Source of the DNA: the human T2T-CHM13v2.0 reference genome, Homo sapiens
Reading direction: 5' to 3' (one strand)
NCBI RefSeq assembly: GCF_009914755.1
Contig: NC_060931.1
Length of the DNA: 64,000 nucleotides
Below the pieces are notes generated by a model. That model was not told the DNA's origin and ran no database searches. It saw only the letters and a program-made list of their open reading frames with translations. The translations under genes and the position numbers were made by a program. Within the stretch, counting starts at the first letter, position 1, and every line of letters starts with the position of its first letter. Shown piece by piece: positions 13,601-28,425 of the stretch.

Positions 13601-13890
13601 ATGTAACAGTTTACTGTTATTAGAACTAGGGTAATATTCTACATAATTATACTTTCTCTTATGTCTTATTATATAAAGGTGCATCATTTCTTGGCACTAC
13701 TCTATTACAGTGTCTGCACAGTTTGGAGTAACCTTCCTGGAAAATACATATTTATGTAACATATGAATTCCTCATCCCATGTTTTACTAAATGAGTGAGC
13801 CCTTTTCCAGAAATGTAAAATTGATAGGATTGCTTCTGGGGTTTACTTGAGCTGAACACAAGTACACTCAGAAGCAGAGGCTAAAACATA

Positions 13891-14472
13891 CAGCAGGTCC
13901 TTGGTCATTTTGTTTAACGTTATTTTGTTATAACACTGATGGAAAAAATCGATTTCCAGCAGAGGCCAATGTCTATGTGGAATTGGCACGTTCTTTCCAT
14001 GTCTATGTGGGTCTTCTCTGGGTACTCCCGTTTCCCTCCACTTCTCAACTCTCTGTGTGTTGGGTGAATTGGCATGTCTACATAGGCCCTGCTTGAGTGA
14101 TTGTGGTTGGGTATGTGAGCGCGCCCTGCGGTAGGATGGTTTCCTGAAGAGAGCTGGTTTACACCTCATGCCCTGAGCTCCTGGTGTAGGATCTGGCCAC
14201 CTGTGATCCTGAACTGGAGTAAGGAGGTAAATAATTATCTTGTTTTCATTAATCTTTACTCAATGTATGTATAGTTTATTTTACTGTTTAATATTAGAAG
14301 TATTTTGGTCTTTTTTTAGAAGTTGGTGATGTTTTTGTGACCAGAAATATGGTATAGTAATTTAACTCATGTTGATATCAATTTGTCTGTAGTAAAACTG
14401 GTTTCATTACATGTTGTTTCACTTTACATCGCAGTTTTCAATAACCTATGGACACCGTTGAGGACTCATTGA
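13891..14472. mobile_element. MER82 (TcMar-Tigger non-autonomous DNA transposon)
   Basis: ta|cagcaggtcc start; characteristic ggcacgttctttccatgtctatgtgggtcttctctgggtactcc core; ends gaggactca. Confidence 0.82.
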
Positions 14473-14752
14473 ATGTGGCTATAAGTGTGGTCAAGTAATG
14501 AAAACTGATCAGCTGAGGGAGGAAAAAGACAAAAGTGGATGACCAAAATGAAGGTGAGGTGAGAAACAACATGTGAGAATAGAGAAACAGAGAAAAGCAC
14601 TCATACACGTCCACACGTGCACACACACACAAAAAGACAGAGAGGAAGAGAGACAGACAGACAGTGACAGAAAGAGAGATATGCTAATTCCTGATGGCTT
14701 TCCACTCAACAGCTCCAGAATCTTTCGAGGACTGCCTATGTTTCCTGTTTTG

Positions 14753-15193
14753 GATTAGGAAAATGTGGCACATATACACCATGGAATACTACACAGCCAT
14801 AAAAAATGATGAGTTCATGTCCTTTGTAGGGACATGGATGAAACTGGAAACCATCATTCTCAGCGAACTATCGCAAGGACAAAAAACCAAACACCGCATG
14901 TTCTCACTCATAGGTGGGAACCGAACAATGAGAACACATGGACACAGGAAGGGGAACATCACACTCCGGGGACTGTTGTGGGGTGGGGGTAGGGGGGAGG
15001 GATAGCCTTAGGAGATATACCTAATGCTAATGATGAGTTAATGGGTGCAGCACACCAACATGGCACATGTATACATATGTAACAAACCTGCACATTGTGC
15101 ACATGTACCCTAAAACTTAAAGTATAATAATAATAAAATGTAAAAAATTAATTAATTAATTAAAAAATAAACAACAAATTTAAAAAAAAAAAA
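14753..15193 (+). mobile_element. Short 3' end of a primate L1 (L1PA4/5-like)
   Basis: KMWHIYTMEYYTAIKNDEFMSFVGTWMKLETIILS, G-rich 3'UTR and A-rich tail. Confidence 0.92.
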
Positions 15194-16079
15194 GAGATAC
15201 CCCCAATACACTGCCTATAAATTAAGGTTAAGTGACTTTGAATTTGTTTTGCTGTTGTTGTTTATAAACAAAAGAATATTGTCTAAAACCTGTTTGAAAA
15301 TATAAACTGTATAAATTATTAAATATTTGGTTGTGCTTATGCATTTGCCAGAAGAAACAGAAAAATGCACTTGAGATTTGTATTGAAACCTTACAGTGGT
15401 TTGTTTAGGAGGAAATGGACTCATCATTTGACCACATAGAAGCTATCCAATCAAAAAGTTTCAGGGAAAAGTATGGTGTGTTCATTGCAGAATGAAAGAA
15501 AATCAGCAGTTAAGCTGATTTTGTTATGACAAGCTCAATATGTTTCACAAGAAGATTATTCAGTGCTAGAAAGTCTAGAATACCATTGGCTTTTCCTTCC
15601 AACTAGCCAGATGACCACCTATAAATGATTAATAACTTCATTGTAGACAGTTATAGAGATTGTAACTGAAAATAGCTACAGAAAAGACAAAGATTCAGTG
15701 GTACTGAAGCCCAATAAGTAATATTTGCCAAATATACCCCATCTCTAATTCTCATTCATAGGCTGAACTTCCTGTCTTATAGTTTCTTTCCTTTTTCTGC
15801 ATTTAAAAGTTCCTTCTTTTTAAAAGTGTTGAAAATGAATGAGAAAAAGCTGGATAGGAATGAAGAGAGAACCAATTTTGTTTCATTAAACATAGTAATA
15901 AAGAAAAACAGTTGATAGTTGAAAAGAGAATGCCCTAAAATCTGCATTACAAAAATGTTTTACCTGTGATATATCTGCTTCATACTGATCAAGAATTAGG
16001 GGGGAAAAATGTAATTTTTAAAGGAAAGGAATTAAAGCAAATCACTTATTTAGTTGTTCCTAGAAAGCCCCTTTAAACC

Positions 16080-16900
16080 TGGTTCCTCTTTTACTCTTCC
16101 CTGTTTTGGAAAATGGCACTATTGAGTATCCCTCGTCACCAACTAGGAAAAAGGCATGAGGCTCCTCCCTTCTCTCTCATTCATGACTCCTCCTTTGTAT
16201 TCAATCCATGAATAAGGAGTCCAAAGAAATCTCACACTCACCTGTTGTTCTGTGTCTTCTCTGCCACTCTGCTGGTCAAGCCTCCCCCATGACTTACGTG
16301 GATCACTGCAGAAAATACCACATTTTTTCTCTGAGCTTCACTCAGGCCCCATTCAATCTACATCTCTGCCATATAATACCGGCATGAGCTTTCAAACTGT
16401 AAATCACACCATGTCCCTGCCCTAAAACCTTTCACTGGCCTCCCATAGATAATGGGTAAAAATACCAGAGGACTGTTACCTGCAACAGCTAGCCCCTGCC
16501 TACCTGTTCAAACTCAAATACATTGCTTTTCTCCCACTCCCACTCTCCCTCCTCAGCTCTCATATGTGCTATACTTCAACTCACTAGCCTTGTGAACGTT
16601 CCTAAAAGTTCCTAAAAGAAGGCAACCATTGCCCCTGGAAGGACTGATTGTTTATCCTACAGGTCTCAGCTGAATTTCGCCTCCTGAACACCCTGTTTAA
16701 ATTGGCTCCTTACCCCAGGTCATTCTCTAGCGTTACACTATTTGTTTCCATTTTAGAACTTAAACTAAATATTTAATCTGTATCCTTGCTTATTGTCTGT
16801 TTTTTTTTGTTTTTGTTTTTGTTTTCTTACTAGAATATAAGGTCTATACAGATAGTGGTCATGGTTCTTTTACTCACCTCGCAGTATCCGTGACATGAAC
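16080..16900 (-). mobile_element. L2 fragments
   Basis: Typical antisense L2 motifs (ctctgccactctgctggtcaagcc; aaatcacaccatgtccctgccctaaaacctttcactggcctccca; actagaatataagg). Confidence 0.62.
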
Positions 16901-18558
16901 GAATCTAAGATTAGTATTTTTAAGGATAGAGTTCTAACAATGTCCATATTAAAAGAAGAAATGAAACTCTGACTCTAATTTTACTGTACTTTAAATTAAA
17001 TATCAATTCAACAGAAACACGCCAATTGACTTGGTTAGAAAATTAGTATTCAGGATACATTTACTATCTTAGATGGTGGTTCTTAGTCCTTCAAACACTA
17101 TGTTAGATTCTGATTGCCATTTTAACTAATTACCACAAATTTTGTAGCTTCAAACAACACAATTTTTTACTTGTTTATTTTATCATATTACCTTATATAT
17201 CTGGAAGTCAGAAGTATGAAATGGGTTTCTTTTTTCTTTACTTTGTTGATTATTTGTCGTTTATTTTGTTTTATTATTTCCTACTTTTATTTTTTCTCAG
17301 CATTGAGGTATAATTGATGAATAAAAATTGTTTATGCTGTTTGTTTGACTACCATCTCCCCATTTGTACATGATATTTCTATAAACATGTACATTGTGAA
17401 ATGATTACAGAATCAAGTTAATTAACATATGTATCACCTCACATAGTGAACCTTTGTGTGTGGTGGGAACACTTAAGATCTACTTTCTTAGCAAATTTTA
17501 AGTATACAGTATAGTATGTTAGTATATTAACTATAGTCACCATGCTCCCCAGAATTTATTCATCCTGTGTAACTGAAACTTTGTACCCTTTGACTAATAG
17601 CACCCATTTCCTCCACCCCAACAACCCCTAGCAACCATTATTCTACACTCTGCTTCTGAGTTTAACTGATGTTTTCAGATTCCACATATAAGTGAGATCA
17701 TGCAATATATTTTTTTCTCTGCCTGGCTTATTTCACTTAGCATAATGTCTTCTGGGTTCATTCATGTTGTCACAAATAATAGGATTTCCTTCTTTGTTAA
17801 GGCTGAAAAATATTTCACTGTATATATATGTATATACACATCATATTTTTAAAATTTATTCTTGTGTTGATGGACACAGGTTAATTCCGTATCTTCACTA
17901 TTTTGAATAATGCTGCAATTAACAGGGGAGTAAATATCTCTTTAAGATACTGATTTCATTTCTTTTGGTTATATAACCAGTAGTGAGATTGCTGGATCAT
18001 GTGGTAGGTCTATTTTTAATTTTTTGAGGAACCTCCATGCTGTTTTTTATAATGGCTGTACCAATTTAAATTCCAACCAATAGTATACAAGGGCTTTCTT
18101 TTCTCTGCATTCTTGCCAACACGTTTTATGTTTTGTCTTTTTGATGATAGCCTTTCTAACTGATGTGAGGTGAAATCTCTTTGTGAATTGGATTTGCCTT
18201 TCCCTGATGATTAGTTGATGTTGGGCATTTTTTCATATATATATTGGCCATTTGGATGTCATCTTTTGAGAAATGTCTATCCAGATCCTTTGCCCATTTT
18301 TTAATTGGGTTATTTCTTCTATTGCTATTGAGTTCCTTATGTTTAATATATTTTAGATACTAACCCCTTATCAGATGAGTGGTTTGCAAATATTTTCTCT
18401 CATTTTTTCAGGTTGATTCTTTGCCGATTGTTTCCTTTGCTGTACAGAAGCTTTTTAGTTCAATGTAATCTTATTTGTCTATTTTTGCTTTTTATGCCTT
18501 GCAAAAATGAACAAATTACTTTTTGAAGTCATAGGCAAAAAATTATTGCTCAGACCAA

Positions 18559-19250
<692 letters not shown>

Positions 19251-21429
19251 CTTTTCCTCTATATTTTGTTCTAGTAGTTTAAGGTCTTAAATCTTTAATT
19301 CATTTTGAGTTGATTTTGTGTATAGTGTGAGATAAGGGTCCAATTTTATTCTTCTTCATGTGGATATTCAGTTTTCCCAAGATCGTTTATTAAGGTACTA
19401 TACCTTCCCATTGTGTGTTCTTGAGACCTTTGTCAAAGATGAAGTGACTGTAAATGGTGGATTTATTTCTGGGCTGTCTATTCTGTTCCAATGGTCTATA
19501 TGTCTGTTTCTATGCTAATACCATACTGTTTTGAATACTATAGCTTTATAATGTATTTTGAAGGTAAGCAGTGTGATGCTTCCAGCTTTGTTCCTCTTGC
19601 TCAAGATTCCTTTGGCTATTGGGAGTTTTTTGTGGTTCCACATAAATTTTAGAATTGCTTTTTTTCTATTTCTGTGAAAGATACCATTGGAATTTTGATA
19701 AGGATTGCATTGAATCTGTAGATTGCTTTGGGTATTATGAATATTTTTTAAATATTAATTTTTCTAATTCATGAACATGGTATATCTTCACATTTATTTC
19801 TATCTTCTTTAATTTCTTTCATCAATATTTTATAGTTCTAAGCATATAAGTATTTCACATCCTTGACTAAATTTATTTCTAAGTATTTTATTTTTTGATG
19901 CTATTGTAAATGGGATTTTTAAAAAATTTTTTCATACTTTATTGGTGTATAGAAACACAACTGATTTTTGTTTGTTAATTTTATATCTTGCAATTTTATG
20001 GAATTCATTTATTAGTTCTAACAGTTTTTTAGTAGAGGCTTTAGGTTTTTTATATAAAATGTGTCATCTGCAAACAGATAATTTTACTTATTTTTTATTT
20101 GGATGCACTTTATTTCTTTTTCTTAATTGTTTTGGCTATCAATACATATTGAATATAAATGATTGAAGTCAATTTCACTGGGCTAAAATCAAGGTGTTAA
20201 CATGCCTGCATTTCTTCGGAAGGCTCCCGGGAACAAATTCCTTTCTTTGCCTGTTCCAGCTTCTAGAGGCCTCCTGCTTTCCTTGGTTCATAACTCCTTC
20301 CTTCATCTTTAAAACCAGCTACATAGTATCGTCTCTCCTCCCTGACCTCTGTTTTATTCCTTAAATCACTCTTGGACTCTGATCCTCCTTTTTCTCTCTT
20401 ATAAGGAAACTTGGGTTTATACTGTGCTTATCTGGATAATCCAGGATAATCTTCCCGTCTCAAATTCTTAACTTAGTCACATCAGCAAAGTTCCTTTACC
20501 ATGTAAAATAACGTATTCACAAACTCCTGGGATTTACACCTTGACATATTGGGGGCTAGGAGGTTGTTATTTGGTCTACCACAGCTGGGATTTCAAAACC
20601 TCAGCTATCTACCACAAACACATTAATGTACTAGTATTTAGCTAGCTCAAAAAGTAGAAACATAAATTTTATTTATCAGGAAAAAAATTAATAGAAACCT
20701 TTAATGCATTGTTTTCACACCAGCAAAATAAGAGAATTGTACTATATAATTGCAATAGGCTCTTTTTACTATAAAATTGGAGTATTTGAATGTGGAAAAA
20801 TAAACCCAATGATACCAAATGTTTTGCAGAAGACTAAGAAATTACTTTTCAGATGTTTTGTTTTTGACATTTTTATTTAATAAAAGCAATTTTTAAATGG
20901 CTCTCTTAATAAAGAAATTAACTTATTTCAACTTAATATTTTCCACATTGTGATTTTAAAATGAGATTGGAATACTAAAGTTCCTTTGAATGTAGATGGA
21001 AAAGATGTATATTTCCCTTTCAACAGCCATCTCTATGTACATTAGAAAGTAACACTGTTTGCATCTGAAGTATACATTAGAAAATGCCTTTGAAATCAAA
21101 GTTTCTGGCTAGTGTCATGGCTTTATTTGAATGTTATTTACTCTTCTACAAGCCTTAAATAAAACATTGTAGCAGGTGGTAAAGCTATGTGACATTTCTG
21201 TTTTGTTTATATGATTTATGTATTCATCACTTTCTAAATCACAAAGCATTATGAATCTCATAATTATAACTTGTAATATAATGGATAGTTTGCAACTAGA
21301 AATGGATAGTTATAGTTACAAAACAATCTCATAAATATAAGCATATTTAATTTTGTCCTGCTGACCCAAAAATCCACCCTAATTCAATTTGAAATGAGCC
21401 AGATATTTTAGAATATACAACCTCATTTT

Positions 21430-22300
21430 TTTAAAGTTCTGTTGAGATGTAGTTTACATAAAATAAAATTTACCCGTTTTTGGTGTATTACTCGATGAAT
21501 TTTAGTATACTTACAGAGCTGACCACACATGACCACAATTTAATTTTAGAACATTTTTGGCTGGGCCTGGTGGCTCATACCTGTAATCATAGCGCTTTGG
21601 GAGACAGAGGTGGGCAGATCACTTGAGCCCAAGAGTTCGAGATCAGCCTGGGCAACAAGACAAAACTCTGCTTCTACAAAAAATACAAAAATTAGCCGGG
21701 CATGGTGCCATGTGCCTGTAGTCCCAGCTACTTGGGAGGCTGAGGTTGGAGGATCATCTGAAACTGGGAGGTCGAGGTTGCAGCGGGCCCAAATTGTGCC
21801 ACTGCACTCCAGCCCAGGCAACAAAGCAAAAGCCTGTCTCAAATGAAAAAAAAAAAAAAGGAACATTTTCAGCACTAAAAATAAACCTCATGCCAACTTG
21901 TAATTATTCCCCATTCCACCCTCCAATCCTACGCAACAAATAATCTTTCTCTATATATTGGCCTCTTTTTTGGACATTCCATATAGATGGAATCATACAT
22001 GTTCTTTTGTGTCTGGCTTCTTTCACTTTTTGAGATTGTCTGTGTTATAGATTTATCAGTGCTTTATTTCTTTTTATTGGTAAGTAATATTTTGCTGTAT
22101 GGTTAGATCACATTTTGTTCATTCATTAGTTAATGAAAATATTGAGTTCTTTCTACTTTTTGGTCATTATGAATAATGCTGATATAAACATTTAAATGTA
22201 AGTCTTTGTGTGAACCTATATGGTTATTATTTTGGGTAGATTTCTAGAAGTGAAGTGACTGTGTCATCTGAAAAATCTTTCCTTAATTGTTTAAGAAACT
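21430..22300 (-). mobile_element. L1ME/MC 3' end
   Basis: gttgagatgtagtttacataaaataaaatttaccc...ttggacattccatatagatggaatcatac. Confidence 0.7.
21559..21859 (+). mobile_element. AluJ
   Basis: cttgagcccaagagttcgaga, gggaggtcgaggttgca; TSD gaacatttt. Confidence 0.92.
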
Positions 22301-22303
22301 TCC

Positions 22304-22804
<501 letters not shown>

Positions 22805-23000
22805 TTAAGTATTTTTTAAAAAACTGATTACCTCAAAAATATCAATGCACTCCATTTGATGTTTTTTGTTTTCTTTGTTTTTTTTTAATTGTTTGATTGA
22901 TACATAATAGATGGACGTATTTGGAGTACATATGATATTTTGACATGTCACATAACGCATAGTAATCAAATCAGGGAAACTGGGGTATCCATTACCTTAA

Positions 23001-23306
<306 letters not shown>

Positions 23307-24210
23307 TAATCAACCCCTCTTTATTCACTCCCCTGCTCTACCATTCTCAGCCTCTGGTAACCACCAAAATATCCTCTACCTTCATGAGATCCACTTTCTT
23401 AGCTCTCCCGTATTAGTGAGAACATACGATAGTTGTCTTTATGTTATTTCATTTAACATAATGACCTCCAGTTCCATCCATGTTGCTGCAAGTGACAAGA
23501 TTTTATTCTTTTCCTGGCTGAATAGTACTCCATAATGTATATATACCATATTTTCTTTATCTATTCATCCAGTAATGGGTACTTTAGGTTGATTCCAAAT
23601 ATTGGCTATTGTGAATTTTTGGCTACAATAAACCTGAGAATAAAAATATATCTTCAAAATATAAATTTCCTTTCTTTGGCATGTATATCCAGTAGTGGGC
23701 TTGCTGAATCATATGGAAGTTCTGTTTTTAGCTTTTTGAGGAGTTTGTATCCTGTTTTCCATAGTGGTTGTACTAATTTACATTGCCACCAACAGTATAT
23801 GAGTTCTCCTTTTCTCTCCATTCTTGCCAGTATTTATTATTCTTTGTCTCTTTGATAATAGCCATTCTTACTGGGGTGAGATGATATCTAATTTTTTTAA
23901 ATTTACATTTCTCTGATGATTAGTGTTGTTGAGCATTTTTTCATATTCCTGTGGGCCATCTGTATGTCTTCTTTTGAGAAATGTCTACTTAGGGTTTTTT
24001 TTGTGCCCATTTTTTAATCAGACTTTGGTATTTTTTTGCTGTTTAGTTCCTTATATTTTCTGGTTATTAATCTTTAGTCAGATAGATAGTTTGCAAATAT
24101 TTTCTCTCATTCTGTAGGTTTTCTCTTCACTTTATTGTTTCCTTTGCTATGCCGAAGATTTTTAGCTTGATGCGATCAAGCATTTTTTCTATTTTTCTAT
24201 TTTTCCTATA

Positions 24211-24326
24211 TTGCCTGGGCTTTTGAGGTCTTATTTGTATTTTTCTCTTTCCTCAGCTTGCCTGGGCTTTTGAGGTCTTATTTGTATTTTTCTCTTTCCT
24301 CAGCTTGCCTGGACTTTTGAGGTCTT
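24211..24326. repeat. 47-bp tandem repeat, ~2.5 copies
   Basis: ttgcctgggcttttgaggtcttatttgtatttttctctttcctcagc twice exactly, plus a partial third copy. Confidence 0.93.
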
Positions 24327-25509
24327 CCTTAAAAAATATTTACCCAGAGCATTGTCCTTGAGTATTTTATCAATGTTTTCTGCTAGCAGTTTTATAGTTT
24401 CAAGTCTTAGATTTAAGTAGTTAATCCATTTGATTTCAGTTTTGTATATGGTAGGAGATAAAGGTCTGGTTTCATTCTTCTGCATATGGCTATCCAGTTT
24501 TGCTAACACCATTTATTGAAGAGGTTGTCCTCTCCCCAATGTATGCTCTTGGCACCTTTGTCAAAAATGAGTGGAATGTAATGTAAATGTATGGATATTT
24601 TTCTGGGTTCTCTATTCTGTTTCATGGGTCTATGTATCTGTTTTAATGCCAGTATCATGCTGTTTTGGTTACTATAGCTTTGTAGTATCTTTTGAAGTCA
24701 GGTAATGTGACGCCTCCCACTTTGTTCTTTATGTTCAAGATTGCTTTGGCTATCTGGTGTCTTTTGTGGTTCCATTTGATATTACATGAAATAAAGTTAA
24801 GTGAAATATCTTAAAGATTTCTGTTTGCGTAAAATTTGAATGACATATCTTGAAGTTAATCTCTAATATATTCTAAAACTCTTATAAATATTGCACCTGA
24901 ATATCTTGCCAAAATTGCTGATATTTCTATTTTTCTACATGAATGATTTGCCTATTAGCAACCCTTTCAGACTTCTCATACTGCTTATAACACTAAATGG
25001 AAAACCAAAGGCTTTAGTGTGTTTAATTAAATTCCTGGATTTCCTAATATTTAGTGCATATATGTGAATTCTCATTAGATGAAAAAAAATTACTGGACTG
25101 GCAAACCTGAATTCAAGATTGGGATCTAGTACTTTAAAAACTAGATAACTTCAGGCAAGTTATTTAACAACTCATAAAATTTATTTCTTGATTAGTAAAG
25201 TAAGGCTCATAATCAATTAATACCAAAATAGAGAAGTGTTCAAGATTATCTAATTGATGGCCATACTCACCTCTGTAACATAATATTTTGAATCTAATAT
25301 TGTGAATCTGTTGACCCCACATGATGCACAGGAAGGCATTTGGCATTGAGATTCTACCCAATGAAAGGCTTTAAGACAGATGCTGATTCTCTGAACCCAA
25401 TATATCCTCACATTTGGAGAATGTGAAATCTCAACATGAAAAGTTACCTTCCAGGACCCCATTGCTAGGAGGGCTACTGCACTATACTGAAGAGACTGAA
25501 CAATGTGAG

Positions 25510-25780
25510 GAAGTTCAGTGCAGTGGTTACAATCACAAGTCCTGAAATCAGACTTTTGTTTTGACAGCTGGCTCTGTCACTTTTCACCCAGTTAACTCTG
25601 GGCAAGATACTTGATTTACATTTGACTTCTTTATTTATGTCTAAAATAGTTAATAACAGTGCTTGTCTAATAAATGTATGTTGTGGATTAAACCCAACAA
25701 CACACATGAAGTTGTAGCATGTACAGCATGAGGAACTTGTCCAATAAATGGCTGAAGCTTTTGTTATTGTTATTATCTAT
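25510..25780 (+). mobile_element. MIR (part of duplicated block A)
   Basis: agtgcagtggtta...ctggctctgtcact...ctctgggcaagatactt. Confidence 0.72.
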
Positions 25781-26524
25781 CATGTACCTATCAATGAAAA
25801 CCCATTAACTCAGTATATATTTTCATTGTAGCCCCAAGAAAATGAAATTATAAGAAATGTTCAGGAAACTTAGAGATGGCATATGGCCTTTACGAATTCT
25901 CTCTCTTTCTCACTCTCTCTTCTCTCTCTCACTCTCACTGTCATTCTCTGGTTTTTTGTTTTTTGTTTTCTCTCTCTCTGTCTCTGTTTCCCTCTCTCCT
26001 GTTTTCTCCTGCTCACCTCTTATAATTTAGCCAATACATCACCTTTAGCAAACTATCCTGAACACAAAGCCTGGGTAAAAGCCCCCCTCCTATCATATGC
26101 TCTTATGACTCCCTACCTTTTTACATTGATGCCCAAGTGTAAATGTGACATTAAGCATGATATGAAAGCTATTAATATCTGAAAAATGAAAATATACTGG
26201 TACCTATCATTGGTGTGGTGTAAACATTAAATAAAATTATAAATATATGCAACATATATTTATGTATAATACTTAGCATAATGTCTGTCAAATACTGAAT
26301 GGTTAACAGAGATACTTTCTGTATATTTCTGTATTATTTACAGGCACAGTGACTGAAATATCCTGTTCAGTTGTTTGTGACAGAGCAAATATACCAACTA
26401 GAAATATGAGATCTAAATGGTCGTAATCACCATGCTAGTCATCACTTAGCCCTAGCAAGTCTAAATACTTAGTTCCAAACTGAGCCAGAACCATTGATCT
26501 ATGGGTACTGCCCAACTTTTTCTC

Positions 26525-26740
26525 TATGTTTGGCAAACTTTTTCTCCAAAGGACCAGATAGTAAATATTTTAAGCTCTGTAGACACTATAGTCTCTGTTG
26601 GGACTATTTTACTCTGTCATTGTACAGGAAACACAGTCATAGCCAATATATAAATGACTGGGTATGGCTGTTACAATAAAACTATTCTCAAAAACAGACA
26701 GCAGTCAATTTTACCTGTGAGCCATAGTTTGCAGATCCTG
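26525..26740. mobile_element. MER58A-like hAT element (part of duplicated block A)
   Basis: ttggcaaactttttctccaaaggaccagatagtaaatatttt...gccatagtttgcaga. Confidence 0.8.
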
Positions 26741-27089
26741 CATGGATCCCTGAAAGATTACTTGTATTATTATCTACTTGCCTTCCATAGCAAATTTTCT
26801 TCCTTAATTTCCAAATACATGATTTTTTTAAATTGAAACTCATTTCAAACCTACCTTAATATTGCATTTTCTAATCTGCCTAATAAAAATACAAAAAAAA
26901 ATCTGTATCTGAATCCAAGTTACCTATTTTAGAGCTGGAAAAGTCATCTAGATTAATTTTAAGATTAGGAATAATCTATGTAAAGAAAAGTGTATGTATC
27001 AAAGGCTTTGCCAGCTCTGCAGAAACAAGTTTGAGAAATGGCTGGAGGGTAGGATGGATATCTAGATGTCCACAGAGGCAAGTTAGGGG

Positions 27090-27405
27090 ACAAATGTGTG
27101 TCAATGGTTTGGTGCAAGGCAGCTGGGAGAGGTGGGGATTATGGCATGAAGAATGCATTGGCCATATAAAGGGAACAGCTGCTACCACCCGCTGATTGTT
27201 GTACTGACAGAATTTGAGTCTATTTTGCCAGATAATCTTTTTTTAATAAAAGCCAAAACATTTTTTTCTTTTTGAATTTTAATGTTTTACATTTGTGAAA
27301 AACTCCAATTGTGAAATTTGGCAATTAGTTCAAAACAAAGAAAAAAGAAATGTTCAGACCTAAGAAGCAACTCTAGGGAGCAGCTGCCAATTAGCAACCT
27401 CTGCT
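27090..27405. mobile_element. MER102-like hAT fragment
   Basis: ataaagggaacagctgctacc...gattgttg...ttgccagat...ttggcaattagttcaaa. Confidence 0.5.
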
Positions 27406-27461
27406 CAAGATCAAAGTCCTCATTTTATTGGTAAGAGATGAAAGAACAGAAATTGTCATTT

Positions 27462-28094
<633 letters not shown>

Positions 28095-28199
28095 AGAAAT
28101 TGTCATTTCTTGAGTAAGGCTGCCATTTGATCTCTGACCCCATTGTCGAAATGCACTTTCACTAGCACATCGTCTTCGATTTTGGAAGAAAACTGGGCT

Positions 28200-28425
28200 A
28201 ATTACGTAGCAATTATGGGTGCTGACTTTGTGTTGGGCAGACCGCGTCTGGAAATGTCAGCTCTGGACCCTGTTATGTCTCAGCTTCCTCACTTGTAACA
28301 TAAGAGAAATGAATGCAAACCTCATAGGGCAGTGGTCAGGATTAAATGGAATAATGAATGAAAAGCACTTAGCCCAGTTCCTGGCATACGGTAATCACCT
28401 GATAAATAGAGCTATTATTAAATTT
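28200..28425 (+). mobile_element. MIR (3' part shared with duplicated block B)
   Basis: ctcagcttcctcacttgtaacataag...ggattaaatg...aaagcacttagcccagttcctggcata. Confidence 0.75.
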
